Shown in pieces: positions 51,351-62,884 of a stretch of 64,000 nucleotides of DNA. Position 1 is the first letter of the stretch, and every line of letters begins with the position of its first letter. Below the pieces are notes generated by a model. That model ran no database searches. It saw only the letters and a program-made list of their open reading frames with translations, and was not told the DNA's origin. Origin of the DNA: a bacterium (GTDB lineage: Bacteria; Patescibacteriota; Saccharimonadia; UBA4664). The position numbers and the translations under genes are program-made. Where the stretch lies: the NCBI GenBank assembly GCA_016699105.1, contig CP064960.1, forward strand, positions 72,727-136,726. The letters run 5' to 3'.

Positions 51351-51848
51351 TCAATGCTTACCGTCACGGGCGAAGCCCAGGAGCCACACTGTTACCGGCA
51401 GGAGACCGAGTAACCACGGGTAACCCTGACGCAAATAGAGCGCCAGGATTGAATCATTGGCCACCATATCGGCTTGGCTGGCTGGCAAAAGGGCTATGGT
51501 AGTGGCAGCGATGAGGGCAGCGGCCAAGGTGCCAATCAGCAGATTGGCAATCATGGCGCCGCGGCTATGACCATTGGCATGATGGACACCAAAGAAGCCA
51601 AATAACACGATAGGTGCACCGAGTGAGACCCAGCCGAGTTGCTCGGGCGTGAGAAAGGTGATATTGGGTGCAATTTGACTGGATAGTTGGGTAGAAATCA
51701 CAATGCCGACGTAGCTACTCAAGATAAGTAAGCGCAAGCGTTGCTGGCCGGCGAACACACCATAAACACTGCCAGCCAGGAGGGCGGCGGCGATAATAGT
51801 AGTGAGGTTGAGCACAGGCATTTGCATAAGGCTTATGTTTGGCTTCAT
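51351..51848 (-). CDS. Hypothetical polytopic membrane protein.
   Basis: 165 aa with 5 hydrophobic helices. Confidence 0.35.
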   Translation of the reverse strand: MKPNISLMQMPVLNLTTIIAAALLAGSVYGVFAGQQRLRLLILSSYVGIVISTQLSSQIAPNITFLTPEQLGWVSLGAPIVLFGFFGVHHANGHSRGAMIANLLIGTLAAALIAATTIALLPASQADMVANDSILALYLRQGYPWLLGLLPVTVWLLGFARDGKH

Positions 51849-51857
51849 TATAGCATT

Positions 51858-52475
51858 ATGGCAAAATCACGACGCGTCACTCAGGACCGATTAGCCGAAC
51901 CCCGGCGCCGGCAGCGCAATGCACCGGTTGGTCAAGATTTATTTGCTGGCTTGGTAGCCCTCATGCTCATCGCTATGATGACTACGGGGTTCATTTGGAT
52001 TGTGATGCGTAGTTTTGGCGGTGGGGCTTGGGTGCAAAAAGCGACCTCGCCGTCGCCCAAGGCGGGTACGTCGAAAGCGCCAAGCGTTTCTAATACCGTC
52101 AAACCAGGAGGTAGCGGCACTATCAATGGACAAGTCATGAGCGCCGCAACCGGGAGTTCGCCAGCTGCACTCGTGTGCGCCATGCCGGTGGATGAGGCAG
52201 CAGCTGAAGCGGGAGCGGTGGAAGCGTGTATCAATCTGGATAGTGGCATCGGCACATTTAAATTGCCGGTGTCGGCCGGTACGTATTTCGTGTCGGCTAA
52301 ATTAATGGAACCGGCTGGAGTATTACCGGCGGGTGTGACTGAATATTTCAGCGAATATGTGACGTGTAAACGCGACCCTGCAGTCACCTGTAGCCAAAAT
52401 TTGCATCAACGTAAATTGCCAATACCAGTGGCCAATGGCGCCGTATTAAGCGATATTGACGTTATCTTTAATTAG
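51858..52475 (+). CDS. Membrane-anchored extracytoplasmic protein with an Ig-like/CarboxypepD_reg-like domain.
   Basis: [22 protein letters not shown], then [21 protein letters not shown], then the [26 protein letters not shown]...GTYFVSAKL pattern. Confidence 0.4.
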   Translation: MAKSRRVTQDRLAEPRRRQRNAPVGQDLFAGLVALMLIAMMTTGFIWIVMRSFGGGAWVQKATSPSPKAGTSKAPSVSNTVKPGGSGTINGQVMSAATGSSPAALVCAMPVDEAAAEAGAVEACINLDSGIGTFKLPVSAGTYFVSAKLMEPAGVLPAGVTEYFSEYVTCKRDPAVTCSQNLHQRKLPIPVANGAVLSDIDVIFN

Positions 52476-53578
52476 AGTTTCCAGAAACCTTTTTTGCCGG
52501 CGCCCGATTCGGCTGCGAATTGCTCGAGCAGTTCTTTTTGCCGAGCGTTGAGCTTGGTGGGCGTGATGACGGTGACGGTCACGAGATGGTTGCCCCGGGT
52601 GCGGGAAGCACCGAGTCCGGGCACACCGCGTTCGGACAGTTTGAATACTTTGCCCGATTGGGTACCGGCGGGGATTTTGAGTGTGACAGTACCATCGACC
52701 GTTTCGATGGGTACCTCGGTACCCAGAGCGGCGGCGGCCATCGGTACTTCGACCTGACTGAGGATGTTTTGGTCTTCGCGCTGCCAGCGGCTATCACGGC
52801 GCACCCGCACGCGTACATACAGATCACCTTTGTGACCGCCACCACGCGGAGCGGCTCCTTGACCGGTCAGTCTAAGGGTGGCACCGTCATCGATGCCAGC
52901 GGGTAACTTGATGGTCAATGGCTTACTCTGACGCTGAATGCCGGCGCCATGACAGACCGTACAGGGCTTGGACGGAACTTTACCGCGGCCACCGCAGGTA
53001 TGGCAGGGGCTGGATTGCTGAATGGGCCCGAGGATGGTTTGTTGAACCCGGTTGACTTGACCGCGGCCTTTGCAGGTGTCACAAGATTTGAGACTGCTAC
53101 CCGGTTCGGCACCGTTGCCGTGGCAATGTTCACAGGCATCATCGAGGGTAAGATTGACCGTTTGCTCGGTACCAAAGACGGCTTCTAGGAAATCGATGGT
53201 GACCGAAGTTTCGAGGTCACGGCCGCGAGCCGGACCACTTTGGCGCCCGCCACCGAAGCCACCCCCCATAAATTGGTTGAGGATATCGCTGAAATCAAAG
53301 CCTTCAAATCCTTGGGAACTATAGCCACCTTGGGCACCGCCTTGGCCAAAGGGATTGCCTTGAGCTCCGGCGTGGCCAAATTGATCATAGCCTGCGCGTT
53401 TTTGGGGGTCTTTGAGTGTTTCGTAGGCTTCGCCGAGCTCCTTGAATTGGGCGTCGTCACCACCGTGCCGGTCAGGATGGTGTTCCATAGCCAGTTTGCG
53501 GTAGGCTTTTTTGATCTCATCAGCGGTGGCTGATTTGGAGACGCCTAAAATATCGTAATAATCTCGTTTGTTAGCCAT
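52472..53578 (-). CDS. dnaJ: Molecular chaperone DnaJ.
   Basis: J domain with HPD ([31 protein letters not shown]), G/F region, and four CxxCxGxG zinc-finger repeats. Confidence 0.9.
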   Translation of the reverse strand: MANKRDYYDILGVSKSATADEIKKAYRKLAMEHHPDRHGGDDAQFKELGEAYETLKDPQKRAGYDQFGHAGAQGNPFGQGGAQGGYSSQGFEGFDFSDILNQFMGGGFGGGRQSGPARGRDLETSVTIDFLEAVFGTEQTVNLTLDDACEHCHGNGAEPGSSLKSCDTCKGRGQVNRVQQTILGPIQQSSPCHTCGGRGKVPSKPCTVCHGAGIQRQSKPLTIKLPAGIDDGATLRLTGQGAAPRGGGHKGDLYVRVRVRRDSRWQREDQNILSQVEVPMAAAALGTEVPIETVDGTVTLKIPAGTQSGKVFKLSERGVPGLGASRTRGNHLVTVTVITPTKLNARQKELLEQFAAESGAGKKGFWKL

Positions 53579-53610
53579 AATACTCGGTCGATTATAGCAC
53601 TCAAGGGTCT

Positions 53611-53788
53611 AGAGTGCTAGCCTTTTGGTCATCGTGAAATGGACGTTACCATGGAATACCGGGCGGCCACCCTGGTCGGTATATCCTGATCGCGCATAAA
53701 ACGGACGCGCGTGCTGGCGGGAGTGCAACATGACAATGGTAGCTCCGCGACGCTTGGCTTCGGCTTCATTGTCTGAAGCAACTGTCAT
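53611..53788 (-). pseudogene. Orphan C-terminal remnant of a GNAT acetyltransferase (59 codons).
   Basis: IVMLHSRQHARPFYARSGYTDQGGRPVFHGNVHFTMTKRL has the GNAT C-terminal beta-strand/Tyr motif, but no N-terminal half is upstream. Confidence 0.3.
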
Positions 53789-53850
53789 GGATAAATTATA
53801 ACGTGCAGATTATTAGATTTGGCGACATTTTTTGGATTACTTTTTTGCAA

Positions 53851-53925
53851 AATAGGACACTTTGCGCCTAAATTTATGTCTTTGTAGCTGCTTATGATTG
53901 AAATTAGGCGCAAAGTGTCCTAATT
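53851..53925 (+). promoter_or_regulatory. Palindromic operator upstream of the PadR-family regulator.
   Basis: aggacactttgcgcctaaatt ... aatttaggcgcaaagtgtcct are perfect 21-bp inverted arms separated by 33 nt. The site ends 8 nt before the padR ATG. Confidence 0.5.
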
Positions 53926-53932
53926 TGCCTTC

Positions 53933-54286
53933 ATGAAACCGCAATCTTTGAGCTCACTAAATCTACTTGTATTGGCGGCTTTGGCTGAAAATCCGACCCA
54001 CGCTTACGGTATTCGGGAGCGCATTATGACGATTACGTTGATGCAAACTCAGCCGCATGCCAGCAGTATCCGCAGTGCACTGCGACGATTTGAACAAGCA
54101 GATTGGATTTGCCAGGCGTGGCAAGAGCGGGGGAAGGCCTCTGCTCATGACCGGGTGATATATGACATTACTCCACAGGGTTGGGCACTATTACGCGAGG
54201 AGAGACAACGATTGCGATTTACAAGTCAGTGGATTGACCGGCTGGAGGCTCGGCGGCGGGGGCTGGCAATGCTGAGGGCGGCGTGA
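53933..54286 (+). CDS. PadR-family transcriptional regulator.
   Basis: LNLLVLAALAENPTHAYGIRERI is a winged-helix PadR N-terminus. 117 aa. Confidence 0.65.
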   Translation: MKPQSLSSLNLLVLAALAENPTHAYGIRERIMTITLMQTQPHASSIRSALRRFEQADWICQAWQERGKASAHDRVIYDITPQGWALLREERQRLRFTSQWIDRLEARRRGLAMLRAA

Positions 54287-54370
54287 CTTACCGTGGGCAC
54301 CACCGACATTGACGAGATCGCGGTGCAAGAGTTGGCGCATGAGTGGATTATACCAGCACTATTTACGTAA

Positions 54371-55205
54371 TTAGTTCATGACCTTTGCAACAATCCGGCC
54401 CGGAGTTTGCAGGTTAATGCCAAGATGTAGTCTGGCTTCATTGTAATACCTTAGGTAATTATCTAGTAAATAGGCGGCGCTAGCCGCCTGTGGCCGCAGG
54501 CCACCAAAACATTCATCTTGGATGGTGCGGTTAAAGCGTTCAATGTGTGCATTGTCGTTGGGTCGCCGCACCCGACTGTGTCGGCTGGGTATGCCAGCGG
54601 CATTGAGGCGGTCAGTAAACCACGTTGAGTACTCGGGGCCGTTGTCACTTTGGACCATGCGGAAGGTGAACCCAGCTTGCTCCTGGGCACGTAAGATGAC
54701 ACTGGCTGCAATCTCCGGCTTCACCCGTGGATGGTACTCGGTGTAGGCCCAGCGAGAACACACGTCAATCACGGTATACAAGTAAGTTCGGTGGCCTTCT
54801 GGATGGATGTAATGCACGGTGTCGGTTTGAATGAGATCCCCGGGCCGCTCCACCCGCGGACGAGGCACACTGGGTCGGAACCGAGCCCACTTGCTCCGCT
54901 TCTTGAGCAAGCCTTGGCGCTTCAGGGTACGTTTCACACTCGACACCGAGACGACCACACCCAGTTCGGCTAAATGCGCCCAAATTACTGGTGCACAGCG
55001 CTGGAGTGTCCGGCGCAGGATGCAGATCTGATTCACGATGCGTCGGTCGAGGGCACGGGGTGAAGTATGGGTCGCGACGAATCGGTCGGGATGTTGAGCC
55101 GGCCATCTGTCTTAGCTTTCTTGAGCCAACGGCCCACGGTGGAGCGATGCACACCAGCGTGCCGGGCGGCCTGAGCCGCACTCAACCCTCCTTCATTACA
55201 AGATT
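54371..55205 (-). mobile_element. IS481-family transposase gene, degraded. The N-terminal HTH is frameshifted relative to the rve core. Element ends are not defined.
   Basis: DDE/rve core QTDTVHY...TVIDVCSRWAY...SDNGPEY...DNAHIERFNRTIQDE (ORF 54371..55036). The upstream frame encodes AAQAARHAGVHRSTVGRWLKKAKTDGR...SSRP (HTH) and no clean start. Confidence 0.6.
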
Positions 55206-55425
55206 AACTGTCTGACGTCTTGCGCGCGGCGCATACGGACTCGTAACATATGACATGGCAGTGTGCCTTTCTACTTTAGTTATCGCTAACTACAGTTTGG
55301 CAGCTGCCACTTTTATTTGGCTAGATATTTGTTGCGAAGGTGTTGAACCATTACGTAATGATTGACTTTTTATACTTTTTATGCTACTATTTGTCCGTTC
55401 AATCACCTTCGGCGTTAGGATCGAC

Positions 55426-55764
55426 ATGACCATCAGTCTGAAGATCACGACCCGCACCTCGTCCGGCACGGGTCGCCTGTACTTCCCACTCCGTCGGCGA
55501 GGAGATGACTTCAGCGACTGGAGCGGCGATGTCACCCTGGGTCAGTTGCGAAAATTCGTCGTAGACATCGACGAGCCCAACGGCAACTGGCGGGTGGACA
55601 GCGTCGGCTACAAGTTCGACCCGGATGACTTCGACCGAATCATCATCACTCGTACGAATAGGCTAACCGTCACTGACGACATGATCGAGCTGATGTTCGA
55701 CCAAGCTGATGAGGACGGAGTCCGCGCCGTTTTGGGCGATCTTGCCATCCTCAAGGTGTCCTGA
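55426..55764 (+). CDS. Hypothetical small acidic protein.
   Basis: 112 aa from the internal Met (MTISLKITTRTSSG...). No family was recognised. Confidence 0.3.
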   Translation: MTISLKITTRTSSGTGRLYFPLRRRGDDFSDWSGDVTLGQLRKFVVDIDEPNGNWRVDSVGYKFDPDDFDRIIITRTNRLTVTDDMIELMFDQADEDGVRAVLGDLAILKVS

Positions 55765-56005
55765 GCCCCAAGAACCAACCGCACCAACGCCGGCGCCTAG
55801 GAGAGATCCTGGTCGCCGGCGTGTAACATTTTGATGGCATATTTATATAATTCCGGCATGTTTAACCCGGCGATGTCAGCCAAGTCGAAGGCTTTGAAAT
55901 CTGCTTTGGCTGCTACGATACCTGTGGCTAATAATTGGAGTGGCTTAGCAATTTTGGTGCAGCTTTCATGCTATGATTGTAACTCTTGTACCAGATGATC
56001 GTTGG

Positions 56006-56410
56006 TTAACTTAGTGACTGGTGCTTCAGCCAGACTTTGACCTGCAGCATCATACTGCCAATCATGATTACCAACGCCAACGCGGCATCAACAAATACAT
56101 AATGATGGATAATTGGCTCTGGGCCTCTGTCCGCAAAGCGCCATTCCCAGATCGTCGGGTCATAGGCCGTCACATAGTCTCCTTCGCGGCACGATGGCAA
56201 GTCAAGTGGGCTGAGACTATCGTAATCTGGTATGGAACTGCACGCTATATCAATGTAATAACTGTCAGTGTAAACCGCGCCCTTTGTCGTCCATTTAAAA
56301 ACGTAATTGTCATTTATTTGGATGATTTGGTAGCCTACAAATGCCAGATAGACAGCGGCAGCGGCAGTACCCAGCCGCAATGTTTTTTTGAGGTTAGGTG
56401 CCGCCATCAT
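56006..56410 (-). CDS. Hypothetical membrane protein (N- and C-terminal TM helices).
   Basis: 134-aa ORF. Confidence 0.3.
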   Translation of the reverse strand: MMAAPNLKKTLRLGTAAAAVYLAFVGYQIIQINDNYVFKWTTKGAVYTDSYYIDIACSSIPDYDSLSPLDLPSCREGDYVTAYDPTIWEWRFADRGPEPIIHHYVFVDAALALVIMIGSMMLQVKVWLKHQSLS

Positions 56411-56412
56411 GC

Positions 56413-56886
56413 TTAAGATTGTAGCTCTTTCGCCATAGGCATGTGGCCTTCAGCGTCGGGTTCGCCGGGTGGTATTGGCGCGTAACCGGCTTTGTCATAA
56501 AAACCGATGGCCGACTGGCGGGCATCTAAAGTAATGCGAGTTGCGCCTCTTTCGGTGGAGGCTTGCTCGGCAGCCGACAATACTTGTGCACCGATACCCT
56601 GGCCGCGGTGGTCATGGCGGGTCACCATGCGGCTGACATAATGAGTGCCGGGCGGCTCCGCTTGGGGATCCACTCGGACTGCTGACACAACTTCTTTGCC
56701 CTTAAAGGCAGCCATATGCAGATTACTAGGATCTTTGTCGGCTTCGGTCGGTTCGACTAGTTCAGGCAATGGTTGGTCGCCGTTAAGTTCTTCTAATCTG
56801 AGGGTACGGACTGCAGCCAACTCGTCCGGAGATGGCTGGCGAATGACAATTTGCGATTCATCGGGGTGGAGTGCTTCGTTCGGCAT
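56413..56886 (-). CDS. GNAT-family N-acetyltransferase.
   Basis: VTRHDHRGQGIGAQVLSAAE (acetyl-CoA motif A) and ARQSAIGFYDKAGYAPI. Confidence 0.7.
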   Translation of the reverse strand: MPNEALHPDESQIVIRQPSPDELAAVRTLRLEELNGDQPLPELVEPTEADKDPSNLHMAAFKGKEVVSAVRVDPQAEPPGTHYVSRMVTRHDHRGQGIGAQVLSAAEQASTERGATRITLDARQSAIGFYDKAGYAPIPPGEPDAEGHMPMAKELQS

Positions 56887-56996
56887 ATAGTGATTTTAGC
56901 AAAAATGAGATTTCATATGTTGTAGCATATGTAATTGATATGTCACAGCATATCAATTTCGATTATTGCCATAAAGGCGTTCGGTTAAATGAATGG

Positions 56997-57641
56997 TCAA
57001 TGGCGACTTTGGACGGCAATGCTTATCCCAAGCCCCACCAGGATGACACCGAATATCTGTTCAAGTCGGTGTTGGACCTTACCAAAAGCCGCTCGCACGG
57101 GACGCTGAGTGAGAAGTGTGGCGACCAGCGCAAACCAGGTAAACGTCACAAGCGACATTTCGGCGCCGTAGAGGATTTTGATGCCGACACCCGTCTGCGG
57201 ACTAATAACCTGGGTGAAGAGCGCCAAAAAGAACAGCGTTGCTTTGGGGTTGAGCACGTTAGTGAGGAAACCTGAGCGGATGGCGTCCCACATTGTTGGC
57301 TCGGTGCGACTAACTACCGACTCGTTGCCTGGCTGGTCGGTGGCGATAGACGGCTTATACAGAAAAGCCTTCACCCCAAGATAGATAAGGTAGCCCGCAC
57401 CAATCAGCTTGATGGCGTTAAACAGCAGGACGGATTGCGAGATCACGAGGGCCACACCCAAAATGGCGTAGGTAACATGAACCAGAATCCCTAAGCCCAG
57501 CCCGGCCGCGGTCAGCACCCCGGTGCGGCGCGAATAAATTAGCGCATTACGCAGCACCAGGGCAAAATCTGGACCGGGGCTCATGACGGCTAACAAATGG
57601 ATGCCAGCGACCAGGAAGAATTGGGCGAGGAGTGGCGACAA
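56997..57641 (-). CDS. LysE/RhtB-family amino-acid exporter.
   Basis: MSPLLAQFFLVAGIHLLAVMSPGPDFALVL is the family N-terminus. 6 TM, 214 aa. Confidence 0.75.
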   Translation of the reverse strand: MSPLLAQFFLVAGIHLLAVMSPGPDFALVLRNALIYSRRTGVLTAAGLGLGILVHVTYAILGVALVISQSVLLFNAIKLIGAGYLIYLGVKAFLYKPSIATDQPGNESVVSRTEPTMWDAIRSGFLTNVLNPKATLFFLALFTQVISPQTGVGIKILYGAEMSLVTFTWFALVATLLTQRPVRAAFGKVQHRLEQIFGVILVGLGISIAVQSRH

Positions 57642-59567
57642 CTACTTTTTATCTTCGTCGACTACTTCGCCTTCGACGGGACCAGTTTGGCCGTCGGTTT
57701 CGTGGGCTTCGACTTCTTCGGGAGCGCCTTCGGTACCGGGTTCGCCTGCTTCGGACGGACCGCCGGCAGCATACATGGCAGCGCCGACTTTTTGCATCTT
57801 TTCGGACAGATCAGTCCCCTGCTTTTCGAGCTCGTCTTTGGAAGCGTCTTCTTTGGCTAGTACTTCTTTGGCCGCGTCGATGGCAGTTTGCAGATCAGAC
57901 TTATCGGCTTCGGGAGCCTTGTCGCCAACATCTTTGAGGGTCTTTTCGCCGGTGTAAACGAGTGAGTCTAAATGGTTGCGCGCTTCCACCAATGACTTGC
58001 GAGCTTTGTCGGAATCGGCGTTGGCTTCGGCTTCTTGTTGCATTTTCTTGATGTCGTCTTCGTTCAAGTTACCAGAGTTTTGGATGGTAATGTGTTGCTC
58101 TTTGCCGGTACCTTTGTCTTTGGCTTTGACGTTGACGATACCGTTAGCGTCGATGTTGAAGGTGACTTCTACCTGAGGGATACCACGGGGAGCGGGGGCA
58201 ATACCATCGAGGATGAAGCGGCCCAATGACTTGTTGTCGGCGGCAAATTCGCGCTCGCCTTGCAGTACATTGATTTCTACCTGGGTTTGACCATCGGCGG
58301 CCGTAGAATACACTTGGGATTTACTGGTAGGAATGGTAGTGTTGCGCTCGATCATGCGGGTAGCGACGCCACCCATGGTTTCGATAGACAACGACAACGG
58401 GGTGACGTCCAGTAAGAGCACGTCTTTGACGTCGCCCGCCAACACACCACCTTGAACGGCAGCTCCGAGAGCCACGACTTCATCAGGGTTGACGCCCTGG
58501 AGTGGTTTTTGACCGAAGATTGATTCAACCTTCGCCTGAACAGCGGGCATGCGGGTCATACCACCGACTAGAATGACTTGGTTGATATCGGAGGCTTTGA
58601 GACCGGCGTCTTTGAGGGCGTTATGGCAAGGACCAGCCGTGCGGTCGATGAGTTCGGATACCAGCGACTCGAGCTTGGCGCGAGACATCATATAAGTAAA
58701 GTGTTTGGGACCGCTGGCGTCAGCCGTAATGAACGGCAAGTTAATTTCAGACTCGTTGGTCGTAGACAGCTCGATCTTGGCTTTCTCGGCCGCTTCTTTG
58801 AGGCGTTGGACGGCCGCCTTGTCAGCACCGAGGTCGATGCCTTCTTGCTTTTTGAATTCGGCGATGAGATGGCCCATGACTACCTGGTCGAAATCGGCGC
58901 CGCCGAGGTGGGTGTCGCCATTGGTGGATTTGACTTCGAAAACGCCATCACCGAGCTCGAGCACCGACACATCGAAGGTACCGCCACCGAGGTCGTAGAC
59001 AATAACCTTTTCTTCGGCTTTTTTGTCGAGTCCGTAGGCTAAGGCGGCGGCAGTCGGTTCGTTGATAATGCGTTTGACCTCAAGGCCGGCAATTTTCCCA
59101 GCATCCTTGGTGGCCTGACGTTGGGCATCATTGAAGTAGGCGGGAACGGTGATGACAGCTTCGGTGACCGGTGAGCCCAAGAAAGCTTCGGCATCGGCTT
59201 TGAGCTTGGACAAGATCATGGCCGAAATTTCTTCAGGTGTGTAGTCTTTGCCGCTCATGGCGACCTTGACGCTCGCACCCGAGGCGACAATCTTGTACGG
59301 CATGAGCTTGGTATCACGCTGCACTTCGGCATCAGTACCCTTGCGACCGATGAGGCGCTTGACCTCGAAGATGGTGTTGTCAGGATTAATGACAGCTTGG
59401 CGCTTGGCAACTTGACCGACCAGTCGCTCGCCAGTCTTACTGGTGGCAACAATGGATGGGGTGGTGCGGTTGCCTTCAGCGTTAGCAATAATAGTGGGTT
59501 GGCCACCCTCCATGACGGCCATAGCCGAGTTGGTGGTACCCAGATCGATTCCAATAATTTTTCCCAT
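57642..59567 (-). CDS. dnaK: Molecular chaperone DnaK (Hsp70).
   Basis: [35 protein letters not shown], and the C-terminal [10 protein letters not shown]...DEDKK. 641 aa and intact. Confidence 0.95.
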   Translation of the reverse strand: MGKIIGIDLGTTNSAMAVMEGGQPTIIANAEGNRTTPSIVATSKTGERLVGQVAKRQAVINPDNTIFEVKRLIGRKGTDAEVQRDTKLMPYKIVASGASVKVAMSGKDYTPEEISAMILSKLKADAEAFLGSPVTEAVITVPAYFNDAQRQATKDAGKIAGLEVKRIINEPTAAALAYGLDKKAEEKVIVYDLGGGTFDVSVLELGDGVFEVKSTNGDTHLGGADFDQVVMGHLIAEFKKQEGIDLGADKAAVQRLKEAAEKAKIELSTTNESEINLPFITADASGPKHFTYMMSRAKLESLVSELIDRTAGPCHNALKDAGLKASDINQVILVGGMTRMPAVQAKVESIFGQKPLQGVNPDEVVALGAAVQGGVLAGDVKDVLLLDVTPLSLSIETMGGVATRMIERNTTIPTSKSQVYSTAADGQTQVEINVLQGEREFAADNKSLGRFILDGIAPAPRGIPQVEVTFNIDANGIVNVKAKDKGTGKEQHITIQNSGNLNEDDIKKMQQEAEANADSDKARKSLVEARNHLDSLVYTGEKTLKDVGDKAPEADKSDLQTAIDAAKEVLAKEDASKDELEKQGTDLSEKMQKVGAAMYAAGGPSEAGEPGTEGAPEEVEAHETDGQTGPVEGEVVDEDKK

Positions 59568-59677
59568 GGATAGATTTGCTCCTGTTTGATTATAATTCCA
59601 GCACTCACCTTATCGGTGTGCTAGCAATGACCTCATTGTATCGAGCTAGCACTCGTCAGTCAAGAGTGCCAACTTTC

Positions 59678-60579
59678 CTATTGCCAGACTCGAACGTAAT
59701 CAACTTGCATATTGGCAGGGACACTATTAGCCGTGCCCCAATTGGCTAAACTGAGGTTGAGAATCAGATAATGTGGGCTCGAAATATTAACGTTGTATGT
59801 ACCGACCTTGATGCCATCATAGAAGTACGTTACTGACCCGGGTTGCCAGTATGAGGCAAATCGATGCCAGCCGGCTGTCAGCGCGGGACATGTAGAGCCG
59901 AGCTGCCCACCAGAGTAATGGTAGGTAAAACAGACGCTACCGCTCAACGTCTCCATAATGTCGTCTTCACCATCGGCTGGCCAATTTTGGCCATCGGTCC
60001 AAAACGCTGCCCAATTGGTTGGGGTTTGACCTGTGGTGCCGGGCGGTAGATTAATGTACGCCTCGGCGTAACCATAGGTGTAGTTAAAATACCGGATCGA
60101 TTGAATCATGCCGCCGGCATGCGTGTATGTAACTCCATTTGCGGCGGTACAGGGTCGTTTTCTAGATCGAGATTTAGTAACCCGTCACCGACCGTTACCT
60201 GTTGTGGATCATAACAAACTGGCTCGGTCGACGTATTTACAGGCTGTGTAATCTTGGTAGCATCCCAGGCCAGCCAGTTTGGATCCCACTTGGTTAAGTC
60301 CAAGTTTGTGCCACTAAATTCATCCTGAAATGCTAGCTGCAAGTTTGATGGAATACTGGCGTCACTCGTCGGATTATATGGTTGTGGTGTGGTGCCGAAT
60401 CGGATCAAGCTATTTCCCGAAGCATCGCCGTGCGAATGGGTACTTACATTGCTAGATACATTGCCAGCTTCAGGCTCAAAGGCCGCCAGTGGGCCAGCAG
60501 CGAGCGAGCGGGTGACAATATAGCCAAGTAAGATGGCGCCACCCACTAAGAGTAATACTTGAGGCTTTACCTTCCACAT
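59678..60579 (-). CDS. Secreted GH16-family glucanase with the shared N-terminal leader module. There is one frameshift near 60106.
   Basis: The leader is MWKVKPQVLLLVGGAILLGYIVTRSLAAGPLAAFEPEAG. GH16 N-terminal LAFQDEFSGTNLDLTKWDPNW. Catalytic motif GEDDIMETL (ExDxxE) in the second frame. Confidence 0.6.
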
Positions 60580-60583
60580 AATA

Positions 60584-61684
60584 TTATTCGAGCACTCTAA
60601 CATGTGGCATTATTAAATCTAGGTCGGCTGGAGCGCCATTCCACCAAACACGAAGTGGAGCCACTTGTGCACTTGAGGTACTCCGCGGATCAGCATAAAG
60701 TACAACTGGATTGGTGCCGTAATTTTGGTCAACCACGTAAGCCCCATACGTCTGAAGTGTATCCCAGACCATGTTTCCGCCCGAAGTCATTCCGGTCGGC
60801 CGCGAGATTCCTGCCGGAATACCAATACGAGCGCCCATTGGAATTGTCCCCTTGTAATTTGTACCGCTGTTACCATCTTCGGCGATAGCTGGAGATACCC
60901 AACCTTTTTTCAGCAATGTGCCTAATAGTGATACTGCCAAAGCTTGATGTTTTACGCCGGTCGTAAAATTATACCCCTGAAGCAGACCTCCTAGCGCTGA
61001 GGCGCCCGCTGCCCTGATACCTGCTGATTTAAACGGACTTGATGTACCAAAACCGCTACCGGTGACTACATCTGTACAACCATACGATGATGAAGTGGCA
61101 GTTATGTCAGATCCACGAACGAAGTGCCAGAAGTCACACACTTTTGTACCGTTCTGGATAATAACTGTTTTATCTGTGCCGGTATCACCTGTCAGTCCTG
61201 AAGGTGCAGCCATTGAAACTGGACCAGCTGGCCATCCCCAAGATGCCGGTACCGTGATTGAAACCATCGGATCAGAAGGAGCGGCAATAGCATATGGCAT
61301 GGAATATTGGGTGCTATTGACGTACCAATGGTTGCTACGCAATAGCGGCTCATCGCGCCACGTTGCATTGGCCGGTAGTGGAGCATTCCAAGGTGATGTA
61401 GAGGCAAATGGCTCTAGGGAGCTAGGTACAACTGTCGGACTTGGCGTAGGTGTGGTTGAGGAGCTGGCAGCAAATTTGACGACACCGTTCCCAGATGATC
61501 CAGCCTGAGATTGGATGCTGGCGCCAGCTGAAAGACTACCGGTTTCAGGCTCAAAGGCCGCCAGTGGGCCAGCAGCGAGCGAGCGGGTGACAATATAGCC
61601 GAGAATAGTTACTGCGCCAATAACAGCCAAGACTCGGAATTTTACCCAAGATGTTGAGCCGAATATCATTGTGGTGACGGGCAA
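60584..61684 (-). CDS. Secreted protein of unknown family (paralog A) with the shared leader module.
   Basis: The leader is VLAVIGAVTILGYIVTRSLAAGPLAAFEPETGSLSAGASIQSQAGSSGNGVVKFA. The C-terminal region TLQTYGAYVVDQNYG is paralogous to the next gene. Confidence 0.55.
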   Translation of the reverse strand: MPVTTMIFGSTSWVKFRVLAVIGAVTILGYIVTRSLAAGPLAAFEPETGSLSAGASIQSQAGSSGNGVVKFAASSSTTPTPSPTVVPSSLEPFASTSPWNAPLPANATWRDEPLLRSNHWYVNSTQYSMPYAIAAPSDPMVSITVPASWGWPAGPVSMAAPSGLTGDTGTDKTVIIQNGTKVCDFWHFVRGSDITATSSSYGCTDVVTGSGFGTSSPFKSAGIRAAGASALGGLLQGYNFTTGVKHQALAVSLLGTLLKKGWVSPAIAEDGNSGTNYKGTIPMGARIGIPAGISRPTGMTSGGNMVWDTLQTYGAYVVDQNYGTNPVVLYADPRSTSSAQVAPLRVWWNGAPADLDLIMPHVRVLE

Positions 61685-62884
61685 GCCGGATTAGATTCGT
61701 TTGTAGCCGGGCCATAGATAACTCGCAGCTGATTCAGTGGAATGGCACTGACTGTATAGCGGTCAATATGTAATGGATCGGCTGTACTGATTGGCCAATT
61801 GGCGGTCGTTTGATCCTCAATATATACCTTAGTTGAACCCGAGTTATCAATGATGTAAGCGCCATATTGCTGTAGCGCTCGAGCAATAGTAACCCCTGCT
61901 GAACTTAGGCCGAGCGTTGTAACATCCAGACTTGGATTCAATTGGACTCGAGCACCCTCGGGCGCGTCAGTGCCTGCGATACCGCCAAAGTTGCCACCAT
62001 CCGATTTAGAGGCTGGGTACCGGCACTCTGGCGAAGGGCCTTTGTAGGCCATTGAAAGCGCATGGTCAATGTGACCTTGTTCAATCTCCCAACGACGCAC
62101 CAAGCCTGAGAGATAGGTTGTGCCAGCACCGCGCCCAGCTTTACCGTCTGCGAAGCGCCCATTATAACCACTGCCAGTGTGGTAACGGAAACCGTTGGTA
62201 GCATAATATGTACCGTTTGGATCTTTACCGAATTGCCAGAAGCCCCATTCGACGTTATTCTGGGCATCCCAGAATGTAATTTGACCGTCGCTACCGACCC
62301 CGCTCACTGCCTGGGCTGGGATCGGAACATTGGGAATCGTAGCAGCAAATCCGTAGCCGACTCGTGAATTATCGCCTGCGTCATAGCTGGAAAAGTATCC
62401 CGACATTTGGACGCTGGCGCGGGGTGTTTCGTTGTCGAAACTATATATCGGTATCGTGTATTGACTAACATCACTTGTTAGAACTGCCTTGTTGGCGAAC
62501 ACGCCTGCACTTTGACCTTCAAGCGGCGTTTTAGTAATTATTCGGTTGATAAAGTTGGTAGAGTTTGGGTCGATAGTAGGAGTCGCGCCGATAGGAGTGT
62601 TCCAAGGAGCTGAAGTGTCATAGGGCGTCCGGTGGTCGGCAACCGGCACTGATGTGGTAGTAGAGAATTTGACGACTCCACTGCCGCTGGCTCCGGTGGC
62701 AGATTGGACGATTGGCGCCAGCAGTCAGCGTGCCAGTCTCGGGTTCAAAGGCCGCCATTGGACCGGCGGCAAATGACTGGACGACCATATAGCCCAATAG
62801 TACTGTGCCTATCAGGAGCACTACCAAGCGCACTCGAGACAGTTGGTGGTTTGATTTAAGGATTGATTTGGGCGCCATTATCAT
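61666..62884 (-). CDS. Secreted protein of unknown family (paralog B) with the shared leader module. There is a frameshift near 62700.
   Basis: The N-terminus MAPKSILKSNHQLSRVRLVVLLIGTVLLGYMVVQSFAAGPMAAFEPETGTLTAGA is encoded in ORF 62618..63088. The body (ORF 61666..62649) carries ALQQYGAYIIDNSGS, as in paralog A. Confidence 0.5.

Noticed and set aside
52494-53533. Several plus-strand ORFs (52494..52757, 52520..52906, 52949..53188, 53240..53533).
   Set aside because: They are antisense to dnaJ.
57583-59042. Plus-strand ORFs overlapping dnaK and lysE (57583..57957, 57632..57937, 58578..59042).
   Set aside because: They are antisense to intact dnaK and the LysE exporter.
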